Part shown: positions 9,895 to 19,797 of the stretch, piece after piece
How positions within the stretch are numbered: the first letter of the stretch is position 1
How the letters are laid out: each line of letters begins with the position of its first letter
Origin: Candidatus Limnocylindrus sp.
Lineage (GTDB): Bacteria > Chloroflexota > Limnocylindria > Limnocylindrales > Limnocylindraceae
Assembly: GCA_040397175.1 (NCBI GenBank)
Contig: JBBAWM010000003.1
Location: 32,001-96,000, forward strand
DNA: 64,000 nucleotides
Direction: 5' to 3'
Program-made: the position numbers and the translations under genes
The notes under the pieces: generated by a model
What the model was told of the DNA's origin: nothing
The model's input: only the letters and a program-made list of their open reading frames with translations
The model's database searches: none

Positions 9895-10875
9895 ATGGAC
9901 CGCCGCAAGATCTTGCTCGACGCCGACGTGGGGATCGATGACGCGATCGCCATGCTCCACCTTGCTGGGCGCAGCGACGTTGAGTTGATTGCCGTCGGGA
10001 GCGTGCACGGCAACGTTCCTTCAGATCTCGGTGCCGCAAATGCCCGCCGTCTCCTTGAGCTCTGCGGCCTCGACGACGTACCGGTTGCCATCGGCGCTCG
10101 TCGGCCGATGGCCCAGCCACTCGCCACCGCCGAATGGGTGCATGGTGAAGACGGCCTCGGCAAAACCAACCAGCCCGCACCAAAGCGCGGGCCCGTTGCT
10201 GAAGATGCGGTCTCGCAGATCTTGCGCCTCACGCGCGAGATGCCCGGAGAGATTGATCTGCTCGCCGTTGGCCCACTCACCAACCTCGGCCTCGCCCTCT
10301 GCCTTGAGCCAGAGCTCGCTGGGCGCGTGCGCTCCGTTGTGGTGATGGGTGGCGCAATCGCCCACGAGGGGAACGCCTCGGCTACCGCTGAGGCCAACAT
10401 TTGGCACGATCCCGAGGCGGCAAACCTTGTCTTCGGCGCGGAGTGGCCAGTCACCATGGTCGGCCTCGATGTGACGCAGGTCACGCGACTCCGAACCAAG
10501 GAGCTTGCCGACATCGAGGCCCTCGGATCGGTGCGCTCGAAGTTCGCCCTCAAGGTGTTGAGCCACTACCTCGACGTCTATCAGCGAACGTTCGGCACGC
10601 GCGAGTGCCCACTGCATGACCCGTTGGCCGCCGGCATCGTGGCTGATCCAACCTATATGACCGAGTGGCTTGATCGTGCTGTTGAGGTGAACACCACCGG
10701 CCCAACGCGCGGCGCAACAATCATTGACCGACGTGCCTGGATGGCCCCAGCGGCCGACGCTCGCGAGACACGAGAGCGCAACGGCGGCAAAGATGCCACG
10801 CCGCCCCTGGTACGAGTACCAATGAAAGTTGATGGTCCGCGCTTTGTCGCCGACCTCATTGCCTCGCTGAAGTGA
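9895..10875 (+). CDS. Nucleoside hydrolase (IU-NH/Rih family)
   Basis: DADVGIDD, VHGEDG, GPLTN, MGG, AEANIWHDPEAA, LHDP. Confidence 0.93.
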   Translation: MDRRKILLDADVGIDDAIAMLHLAGRSDVELIAVGSVHGNVPSDLGAANARRLLELCGLDDVPVAIGARRPMAQPLATAEWVHGEDGLGKTNQPAPKRGPVAEDAVSQILRLTREMPGEIDLLAVGPLTNLGLALCLEPELAGRVRSVVVMGGAIAHEGNASATAEANIWHDPEAANLVFGAEWPVTMVGLDVTQVTRLRTKELADIEALGSVRSKFALKVLSHYLDVYQRTFGTRECPLHDPLAAGIVADPTYMTEWLDRAVEVNTTGPTRGATIIDRRAWMAPAADARETRERNGGKDATPPLVRVPMKVDGPRFVADLIASLK

Positions 10876-12386
10876 CAGTGAGCGCGCCGATGGTCGCGGC
10901 AGCGGTGCCGCGCCCAGCACGGACGCTAGTTCTCGGTTGTGGCTCCATCGGCCAGGCGATTGTGCCGCTGATGATCCGCGACCTTGGGTTTGATCCGCAC
11001 TCCATCCGTGTCGTAGAGATGGCCGATACACGACACCGCATCGCCGACTCCATTACGGCAGGAGTGACCTATGAGCAGGCTGCCATCACCCGCGAAAACC
11101 TCGCCAGCTTCCTGGCTGAGAGATTGTCTAGTGGAGACCTGCTACTTGACCTGGCGTGGAATATTGATGCAAACACCATCATTGGTTGGTGTCGTGCCGC
11201 TGGCGTGCGCTACTTGAACACCAGCGTTGAGGTGTGGGAGCCGTACACCGACATTGCAGAGCAGGAGCCAACCTCGCGGACGCTCTACGCCCGTCACATG
11301 GCGATGCGCGAGATGATCCGAAAATGGGGTGACAACGGCGGCCCGAGCGCGATCGTGGAGCACGGTGCGAATCCAGGCTGGGTCAGTCATGAGGTGAAAT
11401 TTGCACTTGAGGAGCTTGGTGCGGAACTCCTCAAGCGTGGCCTCGTTTCAGGCTCCACGCGCGATGCCCTTACCCAGGCGTTGACCGCGGGTGACCATGC
11501 GCGCATAGCAGAAGCTGCTGGTGTCAAGGTGATTCAGATTGCAGAGCGGGATACGCAGCACACCGATCGACCAAAAGAGGTCGGTGAGTTTGTGAACACC
11601 TGGTCGGGTGAAGGGTTCTACGAAGAGGGGGTCGCGCCAGCGGAGATCGGGTGGGGAACGCACGAGAAGACACTTCCACCGCGCGGCCTTGCCCATGCCG
11701 ACGGTGGGCCACGTAACCAGATTCTGATTCAGCGTGCTGGCATGGAAACACTGGTGCGCACCTGGGTCCCCGGAGCAGATCCGGCTCGTGCTGCCGAACA
11801 GGGGCTACCCACAATCGGCATGCTGATTCGTCACGGTGAGGCGTTCACCATGAGTGACTGGTTGACGGTTCGCGGTGCAGATGGAAGTGCGCAGTATCGA
11901 CCCACGGTGTACTACGCCTATTGCCCATCAGACTCTGCCATCGCCTCTGTGCACGAGCTGCGTGGCAACAATTGGAAGCACCCAGAGCGATTCCGCCTTC
12001 TGAACAACGAGATCATTCGTGGCGAAGATCGCCTTGGCGTTCTACTGCTCGGCCACCCACTCAAAGCGTGGTGGAGCGGTTCTCTCTTAGGGATTGATGA
12101 GGCGCGCTTGAACTTGGCAGGGCATTCTGCCACCACCCTGCAGGTTGCAGGTTCGGTAGCTGCTGCTGTTGCATGGCTCCTGCGACATCCGAACGAGGGG
12201 CTACGAGTCCCTGACGAACTGCCGCATAACGAGCTTTTGGCAGACATTCGTCGCTACATAGGCACCCGCTGGTCAGGCCCAGTGGACTGGACGCCGCTCC
12301 AGGACCGCCTTGAGCTCTTCCCAGACCCTGCGAAGCCGCTCTCGACTGATCCGTGGCAGTTCGAGGCGTTCCTCGTCGCCGACTAA
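10872..12386 (+). CDS. hss: Homospermidine synthase
   Basis: GCGSIG, YLNTSVEVW, HGANPG, IAERDTQ, EFVNTWS, EIGWGTHE, HGEAFT, YRPTVYYAY, ATTLQV. Confidence 0.9.
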   Translation: MTVSAPMVAAAVPRPARTLVLGCGSIGQAIVPLMIRDLGFDPHSIRVVEMADTRHRIADSITAGVTYEQAAITRENLASFLAERLSSGDLLLDLAWNIDANTIIGWCRAAGVRYLNTSVEVWEPYTDIAEQEPTSRTLYARHMAMREMIRKWGDNGGPSAIVEHGANPGWVSHEVKFALEELGAELLKRGLVSGSTRDALTQALTAGDHARIAEAAGVKVIQIAERDTQHTDRPKEVGEFVNTWSGEGFYEEGVAPAEIGWGTHEKTLPPRGLAHADGGPRNQILIQRAGMETLVRTWVPGADPARAAEQGLPTIGMLIRHGEAFTMSDWLTVRGADGSAQYRPTVYYAYCPSDSAIASVHELRGNNWKHPERFRLLNNEIIRGEDRLGVLLLGHPLKAWWSGSLLGIDEARLNLAGHSATTLQVAGSVAAAVAWLLRHPNEGLRVPDELPHNELLADIRRYIGTRWSGPVDWTPLQDRLELFPDPAKPLSTDPWQFEAFLVAD

Positions 12387-12438
12387 GGGTCCCGCACGTG
12401 CCACGCTGCTGGCACGCCAACCTGCCACACTGAAGAAC

Positions 12439-13383
12439 ATGAAGAAACCTCAGCGCACACCCTGGCTCGCGGCTGCAGCACTGGTCGCCCTGATCGCTGG
12501 CTCCGCTGCCGCACCGCGAACGTTTGGCTGGGGCACTGGCCCGGTCGCCGCAGCTGACGAAGACCCGATCGAAGGGGATCGGATCGCTGACGAGAGCACC
12601 GATCCCGGCGAGAGCCTGGCGCCAGATGAGAGTGTCGATCCTGACGCCTCCGCTCCTATTGAGGGAGAGCCAGAGCCTGACCCAGGGCAAGACCCGGGCG
12701 ACGGGACAACTCCAGATGTATCCGTAGATCCTGACGCCACCGATGGCGAAGGTGGCGATATCGAGGTATCTCCAAGCGATGAGCCAGCAGCACCAACGCC
12801 ACCCGTACTCACACTCGGCGATCTGCTCGCTGCTGCGACCACGAGCACACCCTTTGATGCCGAGCTTGCGCTGCAGATCCTGCAGGGCTATGCGCCAACG
12901 GGTGCGCGGGCGATCGAAGTCGCAGATCGACAAACGTTCCGGAACGTACGCACCTACACGCTCCGGGAGGTGCGCAGCTGGTCACGCCTTCCGCAACTGG
13001 GCACGTCAAGCACAACGGTCTGGATGCGCTTCGTTGGTGGGTCAGAGCGAACGCCGTTCGCCGTTGCCGCCGGTCGTGACCGTAGCGATCCACGGATCAG
13101 CAGCGTCCGAGTACGCAAAGGTTGGGCATCGCATGGAAACCCACCGCCATATCTCTTATCAATTATTGGAAGCGATACGGGCACCGGCACCGTTGCTATC
13201 GAGGTGCGCGTTGGTTATGAGAAGCCACTCAGGTTTGCAGCTGGTGATGGGATTGAGATCGGCCCTTTCATGAAAACCACAAGTGGGAAGGTTGTCTTGT
13301 TGATGCGTGGTGTCACCGTTGAGGTGCGCCTGATTGATGCGGCTGGGAATGAGAGTTCCTGGCGCAGAGTGCGCCTCCCCTAG
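12439..13383 (+). CDS. Secreted hypothetical protein with acidic Pro-rich repeats and an Ig/FN3-like C-terminus
   Basis: Signal peptide MKKPQRTPWLAAAALVALIAGSAAA; repeats DESTDPG/DESVDPDA/DVSVDPDA; C-terminal DAAGNES. Confidence 0.65.
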   Translation: MKKPQRTPWLAAAALVALIAGSAAAPRTFGWGTGPVAAADEDPIEGDRIADESTDPGESLAPDESVDPDASAPIEGEPEPDPGQDPGDGTTPDVSVDPDATDGEGGDIEVSPSDEPAAPTPPVLTLGDLLAAATTSTPFDAELALQILQGYAPTGARAIEVADRQTFRNVRTYTLREVRSWSRLPQLGTSSTTVWMRFVGGSERTPFAVAAGRDRSDPRISSVRVRKGWASHGNPPPYLLSIIGSDTGTGTVAIEVRVGYEKPLRFAAGDGIEIGPFMKTTSGKVVLLMRGVTVEVRLIDAAGNESSWRRVRLP

Positions 13384-14643
13384 CTAGAGAATCGCCCGCC
13401 ACCGCGCTGCTGCGTACGCGGTGGCGATGAGTGCCAACCCGCCCGCCACGATTAGAGCGCCTGTTGCGCCAATGAGTGACACCACCGCGCCTGTGCCGAG
13501 GCCGCCGATCGGCGTGGAGCCCGCGAAGACTGTGGTGTAGACGCTCATCACCCGGCCGCGCAGCGCGGGGGGCGTCGAGGTTTGAATGGAAGCGTTCGCG
13601 GTGGCGGCCATGGCGATGGCACCGAACCCGGCTCCAAAGAGGGCGACACCGGTCGCGGCTGCTGCCCATGCTGCGCCGCTGCCGCTTGTGAAACCCGCAG
13701 CAGCGGAGAGGATTCCGAGCGCTGCCGCTCCACCAATGATCACCACGGTGCGGGGTTTGCGGAGAGCGGCAACCGCGAGCGCCCCGCTCAGTGAGCCGAG
13801 CCCAATTGCGGCCATCAGCAGGCCAAGGCCAGGCGCCCCAATCTGCAGCACGCTGCGGGCGAGCGTTGGGATGATCACGTTGAAATTCATCGCCACGCCA
13901 GAGACCACGCCGATCACAAAAATACACAGCGCGATCAGTGGCGTGCGCGCAACGAATCGAACTCCTTCTGCAAGGCTGATCAGTACGTCGGCAACGGTGC
14001 GCGGACGCGGAGACCGCGGCGCGGGGCGCAGTTCATCGGCACGCATGAAGAGCAGTGCCAGCAGCACGGCAAGGAAACTAGCGCCGTTCACCGCGAAGCA
14101 ACCGGCAACACCGATGACGCCGATCAGTACACCGCCAATCGCTGGCCCAATCACGCGCGCCCCATTGAACATTGCCGAGTTCATCGCTACGGCGCGACCG
14201 ACCTCATCCTCGGGAACCATCTCGCTAAAGAACGATTGCCGAACCGGCATGTCAACGGCGTTGACCACGCCGAGGAGAACGGCCATGAGGATCAGGAGTG
14301 GCAGTGTCATGAGTCCTGTTGCGACCAGCGCTGCCTGGATAATCGCGAGGGCCATCAGGCTGAGTTGTGTTCCCATCAGTGCGCGATGCTTGGGGAGCGC
14401 ATCAGCAAGGACGCCACCAAAGAGTCCGAGGATCATCACGGGGGTGAACTGCGCCGCGGCGATGATGCCGAGCCACGCCGGTTCGTGCGTCAACTCGGTG
14501 ATGTACCAGGCTTGCGCAATGGACTGCATCCAGGTGCCCGCCAGTGAGACAAGTTGCCCGAACCAGAAGAGACGGTAGTTTCGATGCCGAAAGGGGCCGC
14601 GCCACGCAGGAGCAACACGAGACGACCGGCGAGTTGATGGCAT
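13384..14643 (-). CDS. MFS transporter (DUF894/EntS-like)
   Basis: FRHRNYRLFWFGQLVS, GGVLAD motif A, ARVIGPAIGG, LRGRVMS; about 12 TM segments. Confidence 0.9.
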   Translation of the reverse strand: MPSTRRSSRVAPAWRGPFRHRNYRLFWFGQLVSLAGTWMQSIAQAWYITELTHEPAWLGIIAAAQFTPVMILGLFGGVLADALPKHRALMGTQLSLMALAIIQAALVATGLMTLPLLILMAVLLGVVNAVDMPVRQSFFSEMVPEDEVGRAVAMNSAMFNGARVIGPAIGGVLIGVIGVAGCFAVNGASFLAVLLALLFMRADELRPAPRSPRPRTVADVLISLAEGVRFVARTPLIALCIFVIGVVSGVAMNFNVIIPTLARSVLQIGAPGLGLLMAAIGLGSLSGALAVAALRKPRTVVIIGGAAALGILSAAAGFTSGSGAAWAAAATGVALFGAGFGAIAMAATANASIQTSTPPALRGRVMSVYTTVFAGSTPIGGLGTGAVVSLIGATGALIVAGGLALIATAYAAARWRAIL

Positions 14644-14697
14644 ACCGAGAGGCTACACCCGCGCTGCGTTACCCCTCGCTGGGGTCCAGGAGAGGAG

Positions 14698-15813
14698 CTA
14701 GCGGCGCTTGCGGGTTGCCGCTCGCTTGGCCGCTGTGGCGCGCTTCTCTTGGGGCGTGTCGCGGCGAATCGCGGCAACGGCGGCGACGACCGGCAAGGCG
14801 AAGATCGCCCCAAGCACGCCACCCACGAGCCCACCCGCGCTGCCAGCGATGAAGACGGTGGTCCCAGAAAGGCGCAGTACGCCGTTCATCAGTCGCGGAG
14901 CAAGTTGTGTGGCGCACACGAGCCAGCCCACAATGATCACCACGGAGCCCGGAAGTACGTAGGGACCAGCGGCCAAGATCGAGAGTGCGAGTGGCGGCAG
15001 TACTGCGGCGCCCTGACCGATCGACGGAATGGCCATGACAATCCCACCAAGTACAGCTGACAACAGCCCGTCGGCGCCGGCAATGGTTGCACCAACGAAG
15101 ACGATCACCCCGTAGGCAAACCCGAGCGCAACATGGCGGCCAATGAATCGGGCAACGATCGTTTCAAGGATCTTTCGTGAGCGCCCTGCGCGGCGCACTC
15201 GCCCTCGCGTCGCAAGTCGATCAACGGAGTCCAGGTGAGCGGGATTGGCAGAGAGGATGACGCCAATGCCGATGGCCAAAATCAGCGGGCCAAGCGCGCC
15301 AATCGCTCCTGCCGCGACCGCCGCAATATTTGATTGCACCGCGGTCGCAACATCGCGAATGGCCAAGATGACGGTCGTTGCGATCGGAACAAGATCAACG
15401 GTGAGTCCAACCGACGCGAGAAGGGCGCTCAGTCGCTCAACTATGACCCCAACATCTGCCGGGGTTGGCTCGGGCCCAGCGATGATGCCGCCGAGCGAAC
15501 GTGCAAACGCAATCGCAAGCTCAATGGTGATGACGATGACGGGGATGGCGCCAGCGATCCACACGAGGAGCGCCGCGCGCGTGCGCGGCCAGCCACGCGC
15601 GACCAGTCGATCGATCGGCGCGTCGGCAAGTGTTGCGAGGAGCCATCCGCCAGCAATTGCATAGAAGAGCGGTCCCTGGGCTGAGATGACGCTCATCAAC
15701 ACGTCCAGTCCCGCCACGATTGCCACCAGCGCCGCGCTGGCGAGCGCCGCCCAGGCGATGAGGCGAACGGGCTGTGACCACGCGGTGCTCTGAAGGGGAT
15801 TCGGCAGATTCAT
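14698..15813 (-). CDS. AI-2E (PerM) family membrane transporter
   Basis: Polytopic; IPSIG, LAPRLM, GGLVGGVLGAIFALPV. Confidence 0.75.
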   Translation of the reverse strand: MNLPNPLQSTAWSQPVRLIAWAALASAALVAIVAGLDVLMSVISAQGPLFYAIAGGWLLATLADAPIDRLVARGWPRTRAALLVWIAGAIPVIVITIELAIAFARSLGGIIAGPEPTPADVGVIVERLSALLASVGLTVDLVPIATTVILAIRDVATAVQSNIAAVAAGAIGALGPLILAIGIGVILSANPAHLDSVDRLATRGRVRRAGRSRKILETIVARFIGRHVALGFAYGVIVFVGATIAGADGLLSAVLGGIVMAIPSIGQGAAVLPPLALSILAAGPYVLPGSVVIIVGWLVCATQLAPRLMNGVLRLSGTTVFIAGSAGGLVGGVLGAIFALPVVAAVAAIRRDTPQEKRATAAKRAATRKRR

Positions 15814-15822
15814 GGCCTGATC

Positions 15823-16977
15823 TTAGTCCACGGCCGCGCGCACGATATCAAGCGGAAGCGCAATAGCCGTGGCGCCTCCGGCGCCGGTCATGGTCTCAGC
15901 GGCAAGGAGTGCGTCAAGAATGGCGGATTCTGTCGCATCGGCTGTCGCCTCGAAGAGTGCGGAGAGGTGCGCATTGACCACCATCGTGACGGTCGCCTCA
16001 ATCGGCTCCTTCGGTTCCAGGTCCTCTGGGGGGAGATGGCCATTGGCCGTACTGAAGCTGAGTACAAGATCACCCGACGAGTGCTCGCCGACGCCACCAA
16101 CGCGCCCAATCCCTATCACGGCGCGCTGCGCTAGACGATCAAGTTGCATGGGGAGAAGCGGGGCATCGGTTGCCACGATCACGATGATGGACCCGGCACC
16201 ACCACGGGGGTCATCGGGCTTCGGCCCGGCGCTAACTTTTGTCTCCCATGGAAGTGGATAGTGCTCGGTGGAGAGTGGACCACCGGGAGCGGCGAGCATC
16301 TTCCCTTGCAGTGTGAATCGGTGACGCCGACCGTGGTTAGCCTGAACGAAAACGCCGATGGTGTAGCCGCCAAGCTCTTTCGGGAGTCGGCGGCTCGAGG
16401 TTCCGTTGCCACCCTTGAAGCCGTGGCAGATCATGCCGGTGCCGCCACCCTGGTTGCCACGTGGCACCGGTGCGCCGCTCGGAAGTGCCGCCGCGGCATC
16501 GAGCGCGAGCTGCGCATGCGCAGCGGTTACGTGGAAACCGTTGACGTCGTTCAGCACACCGTCCCACGTTTCGCCAGCGACGGGGAGGCTCCACGGTGGT
16601 GTGTTTGGCACATGATCGAGTGACCACGCAATCATGGCGTCGTGCACCACACCTACGGAGTGCGTGTTCGTGAGACAGATCGGCGAGGTGAGGAGGCCAG
16701 ACTCACGAATCCATTCCAGCCCAGTGAGTTCTCCGTTGCCATTCAGCCGATGGGTGCCGGCAAAAAGCGGGTGCCCCATTTCAGTGATCGGGCGGGGCAA
16801 GATCGCTGTCACACCGGTGCGGATTGGCCCAACGCCACGCCCGACTGCGCCGTCGCCTGCGATGATGGTGGTCGCAGCAACCCGCACTCCTGCCACGTCG
16901 GTGATGCCGTCAGTTGGGCCAGGGGTGAACCGCCCGATGCGGATCCCGAGGTCGATGGCGCGGAGCGGTCGAGGCAT
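15823..16977 (-). CDS. dmpA: P1-family L-aminopeptidase/D-esterase (DmpA-like)
   Basis: ITDVAGV, TGVTAILP, NGNGELTG, LTNTHSVG, ETWDG, G/SIIVIVATDAP autocleavage site, SGD. Confidence 0.88.
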   Translation of the reverse strand: MPRPLRAIDLGIRIGRFTPGPTDGITDVAGVRVAATTIIAGDGAVGRGVGPIRTGVTAILPRPITEMGHPLFAGTHRLNGNGELTGLEWIRESGLLTSPICLTNTHSVGVVHDAMIAWSLDHVPNTPPWSLPVAGETWDGVLNDVNGFHVTAAHAQLALDAAAALPSGAPVPRGNQGGGTGMICHGFKGGNGTSSRRLPKELGGYTIGVFVQANHGRRHRFTLQGKMLAAPGGPLSTEHYPLPWETKVSAGPKPDDPRGGAGSIIVIVATDAPLLPMQLDRLAQRAVIGIGRVGGVGEHSSGDLVLSFSTANGHLPPEDLEPKEPIEATVTMVVNAHLSALFEATADATESAILDALLAAETMTGAGGATAIALPLDIVRAAVD

Positions 16978-17012
16978 AGGGGTAGTGTGCCATCCCCCAC
17001 TACACTCTCCCT

Positions 17013-17807
17013 ATGTTGCCGCCGATTGAGCCAAAGCGTCGCACCGCACCCCAGCGCATGCCCTTCCGCCATATTGGCTCCACGATCTTGCTTGCGACGT
17101 CGTTCATCCTCGCCGCTGGCGCGCTTGTCACCTGGGGCATTGATCAGCAGATCGGTCCGTGGGCCCCCAACGGCGTCGTCGTTATTACAGAAGACCCGTC
17201 CCCTGACGGCTCGAGCGGTTCCCCCACTCCGGTAGCTGATCCATCCGACCCATCTGCACGATCGCACGATACGCCGCCACCCCTCCAACCAGTAGATCCG
17301 AGCCTGCTCGTGCCATCGGTGGTCGGAGATCCAGTCCGCATTCTGGTGAGTGGCGTATGGATCAACCTTCCGGTGGTGCGTCCGCCGATTGCTACCGACG
17401 GATCGCCACGATTCCCCTGGTGCCGCGTGGCGGAGTGGATGCCGAGCAAGGGGAAGGCCGACGGAAAGACCGGCATCCTCTTTATCTACGCGCATGGTCG
17501 CTACTGGGAGTTCGGCGGACTCCTCGACAAGACGCCAAAGCAGATGCTCGGCCAGATCATTGAGGTCGACACCCTGCCAAAGGTTGCTGGCCAGAAGCCG
17601 CTGCGCCTAAACTTCCGCGTGATTGAGGTTCGGCAGCACATCTCGACATGGGCCGACCTGAGCGATGTGCCAGACGGTCGCATCATCCTACAAACGTCTG
17701 AGACGATCCACCATGATGGGACGAAGCTCGCCATCATCGGGAGGTATATCAACACCGACCTGTCCCCACGACCGGTACCGGTAGCAAAGCCACAGATCTG
17801 CGAATAG
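17013..17807 (+). CDS. Membrane-anchored sortase-fold protein with variant active site (H...LQTS...K)
   Basis: N-terminal TM, Pro/Ser linker, PVRILVSGVWINLPV, IYAH, FRVIEV, IILQTS, KLAIIG in the strand order of class F sortases; TACACT-6nt-ATG. Confidence 0.6.
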   Translation: MLPPIEPKRRTAPQRMPFRHIGSTILLATSFILAAGALVTWGIDQQIGPWAPNGVVVITEDPSPDGSSGSPTPVADPSDPSARSHDTPPPLQPVDPSLLVPSVVGDPVRILVSGVWINLPVVRPPIATDGSPRFPWCRVAEWMPSKGKADGKTGILFIYAHGRYWEFGGLLDKTPKQMLGQIIEVDTLPKVAGQKPLRLNFRVIEVRQHISTWADLSDVPDGRIILQTSETIHHDGTKLAIIGRYINTDLSPRPVPVAKPQICE

Positions 17808-17811
17808 CCTG

Positions 17812-19797
17812 ATGCGGGCTCCATCAACCAGCGCGGAATTCCGTCCTGACATTGAAGGGTTGCGGGGCATCGCAATTCTCTTCGTCTTGCTCTTTCATGC
17901 TGGGCTTCCGTGGACGCCTGGTGGATTTATTGGCGTTGACGTCTTCTTTGTCATTAGCGGCTTCTTGATCACGGGGAAGCTCTGGCGCGAGTCAGCGCAG
18001 CCGGGCGGGCTGAGCATCGCCAAGTTCTATGCCTGGCGGATCCGTCGACTACTCCCCGCAGCGCTCGTCGCCGTGGCAATCGTCTCACTCGTTGGGCTGC
18101 TCATTGCTGCGCCGCTCAATCGCAGCGAGCTGGCGGCAGATGGGGCATCGTCAGCACTCTCGCTCGCCAACATGCGATTCATCGGTTCGGTTGACTACTT
18201 CGCGCCAACCTCCAGCCCGTCACCCTTCTTGCACTTCTGGTCGCTCAGCGTCGAGGAGCAGTTCTATCTCGTCTGGCCCGCCCTGATCGCGCTGCTCACC
18301 TGGCGTGGCGGGAGCGCACGGCGACTGATCGCCGTGCTCCTCATTGGCGTGTGCGCCTCCTTCGCGCTCAGCGTGTGGCTGACCGATGCCTCACCAGCAC
18401 GCGCCTTCTACCTGCTCCCGACGCGCGTCTGGCAACTCGGAGCTGGGGGCCTCCTCGCCCTGATTGGCATCGCGGGCGGCTCGCGACGCGCGGGGGTTGT
18501 TGCGTGGCTGGGGCTCGCGGCGATCGCGCTTGCGGGCGTGGCGCTCAACGCCGACATGCCGTATCCCGGGTTCGCCGCCCTGATCCCCACTGCGGGAGCC
18601 GTGGCGCTGCTCTATGGCGGGGCTGCGCCAGCTGGGCCCCTTCGCCTCCTCACTGCCGCACCGCTGCGACTCCTCGGCAAGATCAGCTACTCGCTCTATC
18701 TATGGCACTGGCCACTCCTTGTGCTTCCCGCCATGCTCCTTGAGCGCCCACTCTCGGAGATCGAAGTGGTAGCGGCGGTTGCTGTGGCAATCGGTGTCTC
18801 GTGGTTGAGCTGGCGATTCGTTGAGCAGCCCTTTCGCTACGGAGATCGATCACGTCGTGCCACCTCATGGAGCGCGATTCGCCTTGGCGTTGCTGGGATT
18901 CTTGTCGTCACCCTCTTCACACAGGGACTTGCCGCTGGACTGGCAGCACCCGCAGTTGCCGTTCAGCCATCACCGAGCCCCTCGGGTTCACCGCTCGCGA
19001 GCGATGGGCCGATCGCGCTGCCGGCTGATCTCGCACCGTCGCTTGCAGTAGCACGCAGCGATGAGGAGCGACTCCGCGCCGATGGCTGTCTCGCGTTTGA
19101 GCGCGTCACCACTCCGCCAGACTGTGAGTATGGCGTCAAGGGATCAGCGATTACGATCGCCCTCGTTGGTGACTCACACGCCGCGCACTGGTTCCCCGCA
19201 ATTGAGGCGATCGCCCTAGACCGCGGCTGGCGGCTGCTGACATTCGTCAAGGTGTCGTGCTCGTTCACCACACTCGCGCAGCGAAACTTGGCCCTGAAGC
19301 GAGAGTACCGAGAGTGCACCACGTTCAACGAGGCAACCGTGGCGCGCATCAACGAGGTCAAACCGGCGCTGACTATCATCGTCAATCGCCGCACCTTCCG
19401 GCCAATCAGCGGCGGTGAAACGCCAGAACTAGCTGGGGCCGCGTTCGGCGCAATGGTCGCTCGACTCCCCGGTGCCACTGCCATCATCGTTGATACGCCA
19501 GACCCTGGCCGCGATGTGCCCGCCTGTCTCTCAAAGCATACGAACGACATTCGTGCCTGCCTCTTCACCAAAGACGATGCTGACAACAGCGATATTGGTG
19601 TGGCGGAACGGGTGGCGGCCGAGGCTGCAGGTGCGCAGCTGATTGATCTGACGAGTGAGATTTGTGCTGAGTGGCCCTGCTCGCCAATTCGCGGGAGCCT
19701 ATTGGTCTATCGCGATGAAGATCACATGACGGAGACGTTCTCGAGAGGCCTTGCTCTTCCCCTTGGAGAGGCGCTGACGAAGATTTTGCCGCGCTAG
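17812..19797 (+). CDS. AT3-SGNH O-acyltransferase (OafA/OatA-like), second paralog
   Basis: FRPDIEGLRG, GVDVFFVISGFLI, HFWSLSVEEQFY, YLWHWP; SGNH domain GDSHA...DEDH. Confidence 0.92.
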   Translation: MRAPSTSAEFRPDIEGLRGIAILFVLLFHAGLPWTPGGFIGVDVFFVISGFLITGKLWRESAQPGGLSIAKFYAWRIRRLLPAALVAVAIVSLVGLLIAAPLNRSELAADGASSALSLANMRFIGSVDYFAPTSSPSPFLHFWSLSVEEQFYLVWPALIALLTWRGGSARRLIAVLLIGVCASFALSVWLTDASPARAFYLLPTRVWQLGAGGLLALIGIAGGSRRAGVVAWLGLAAIALAGVALNADMPYPGFAALIPTAGAVALLYGGAAPAGPLRLLTAAPLRLLGKISYSLYLWHWPLLVLPAMLLERPLSEIEVVAAVAVAIGVSWLSWRFVEQPFRYGDRSRRATSWSAIRLGVAGILVVTLFTQGLAAGLAAPAVAVQPSPSPSGSPLASDGPIALPADLAPSLAVARSDEERLRADGCLAFERVTTPPDCEYGVKGSAITIALVGDSHAAHWFPAIEAIALDRGWRLLTFVKVSCSFTTLAQRNLALKREYRECTTFNEATVARINEVKPALTIIVNRRTFRPISGGETPELAGAAFGAMVARLPGATAIIVDTPDPGRDVPACLSKHTNDIRACLFTKDDADNSDIGVAERVAAEAAGAQLIDLTSEICAEWPCSPIRGSLLVYRDEDHMTETFSRGLALPLGEALTKILPR

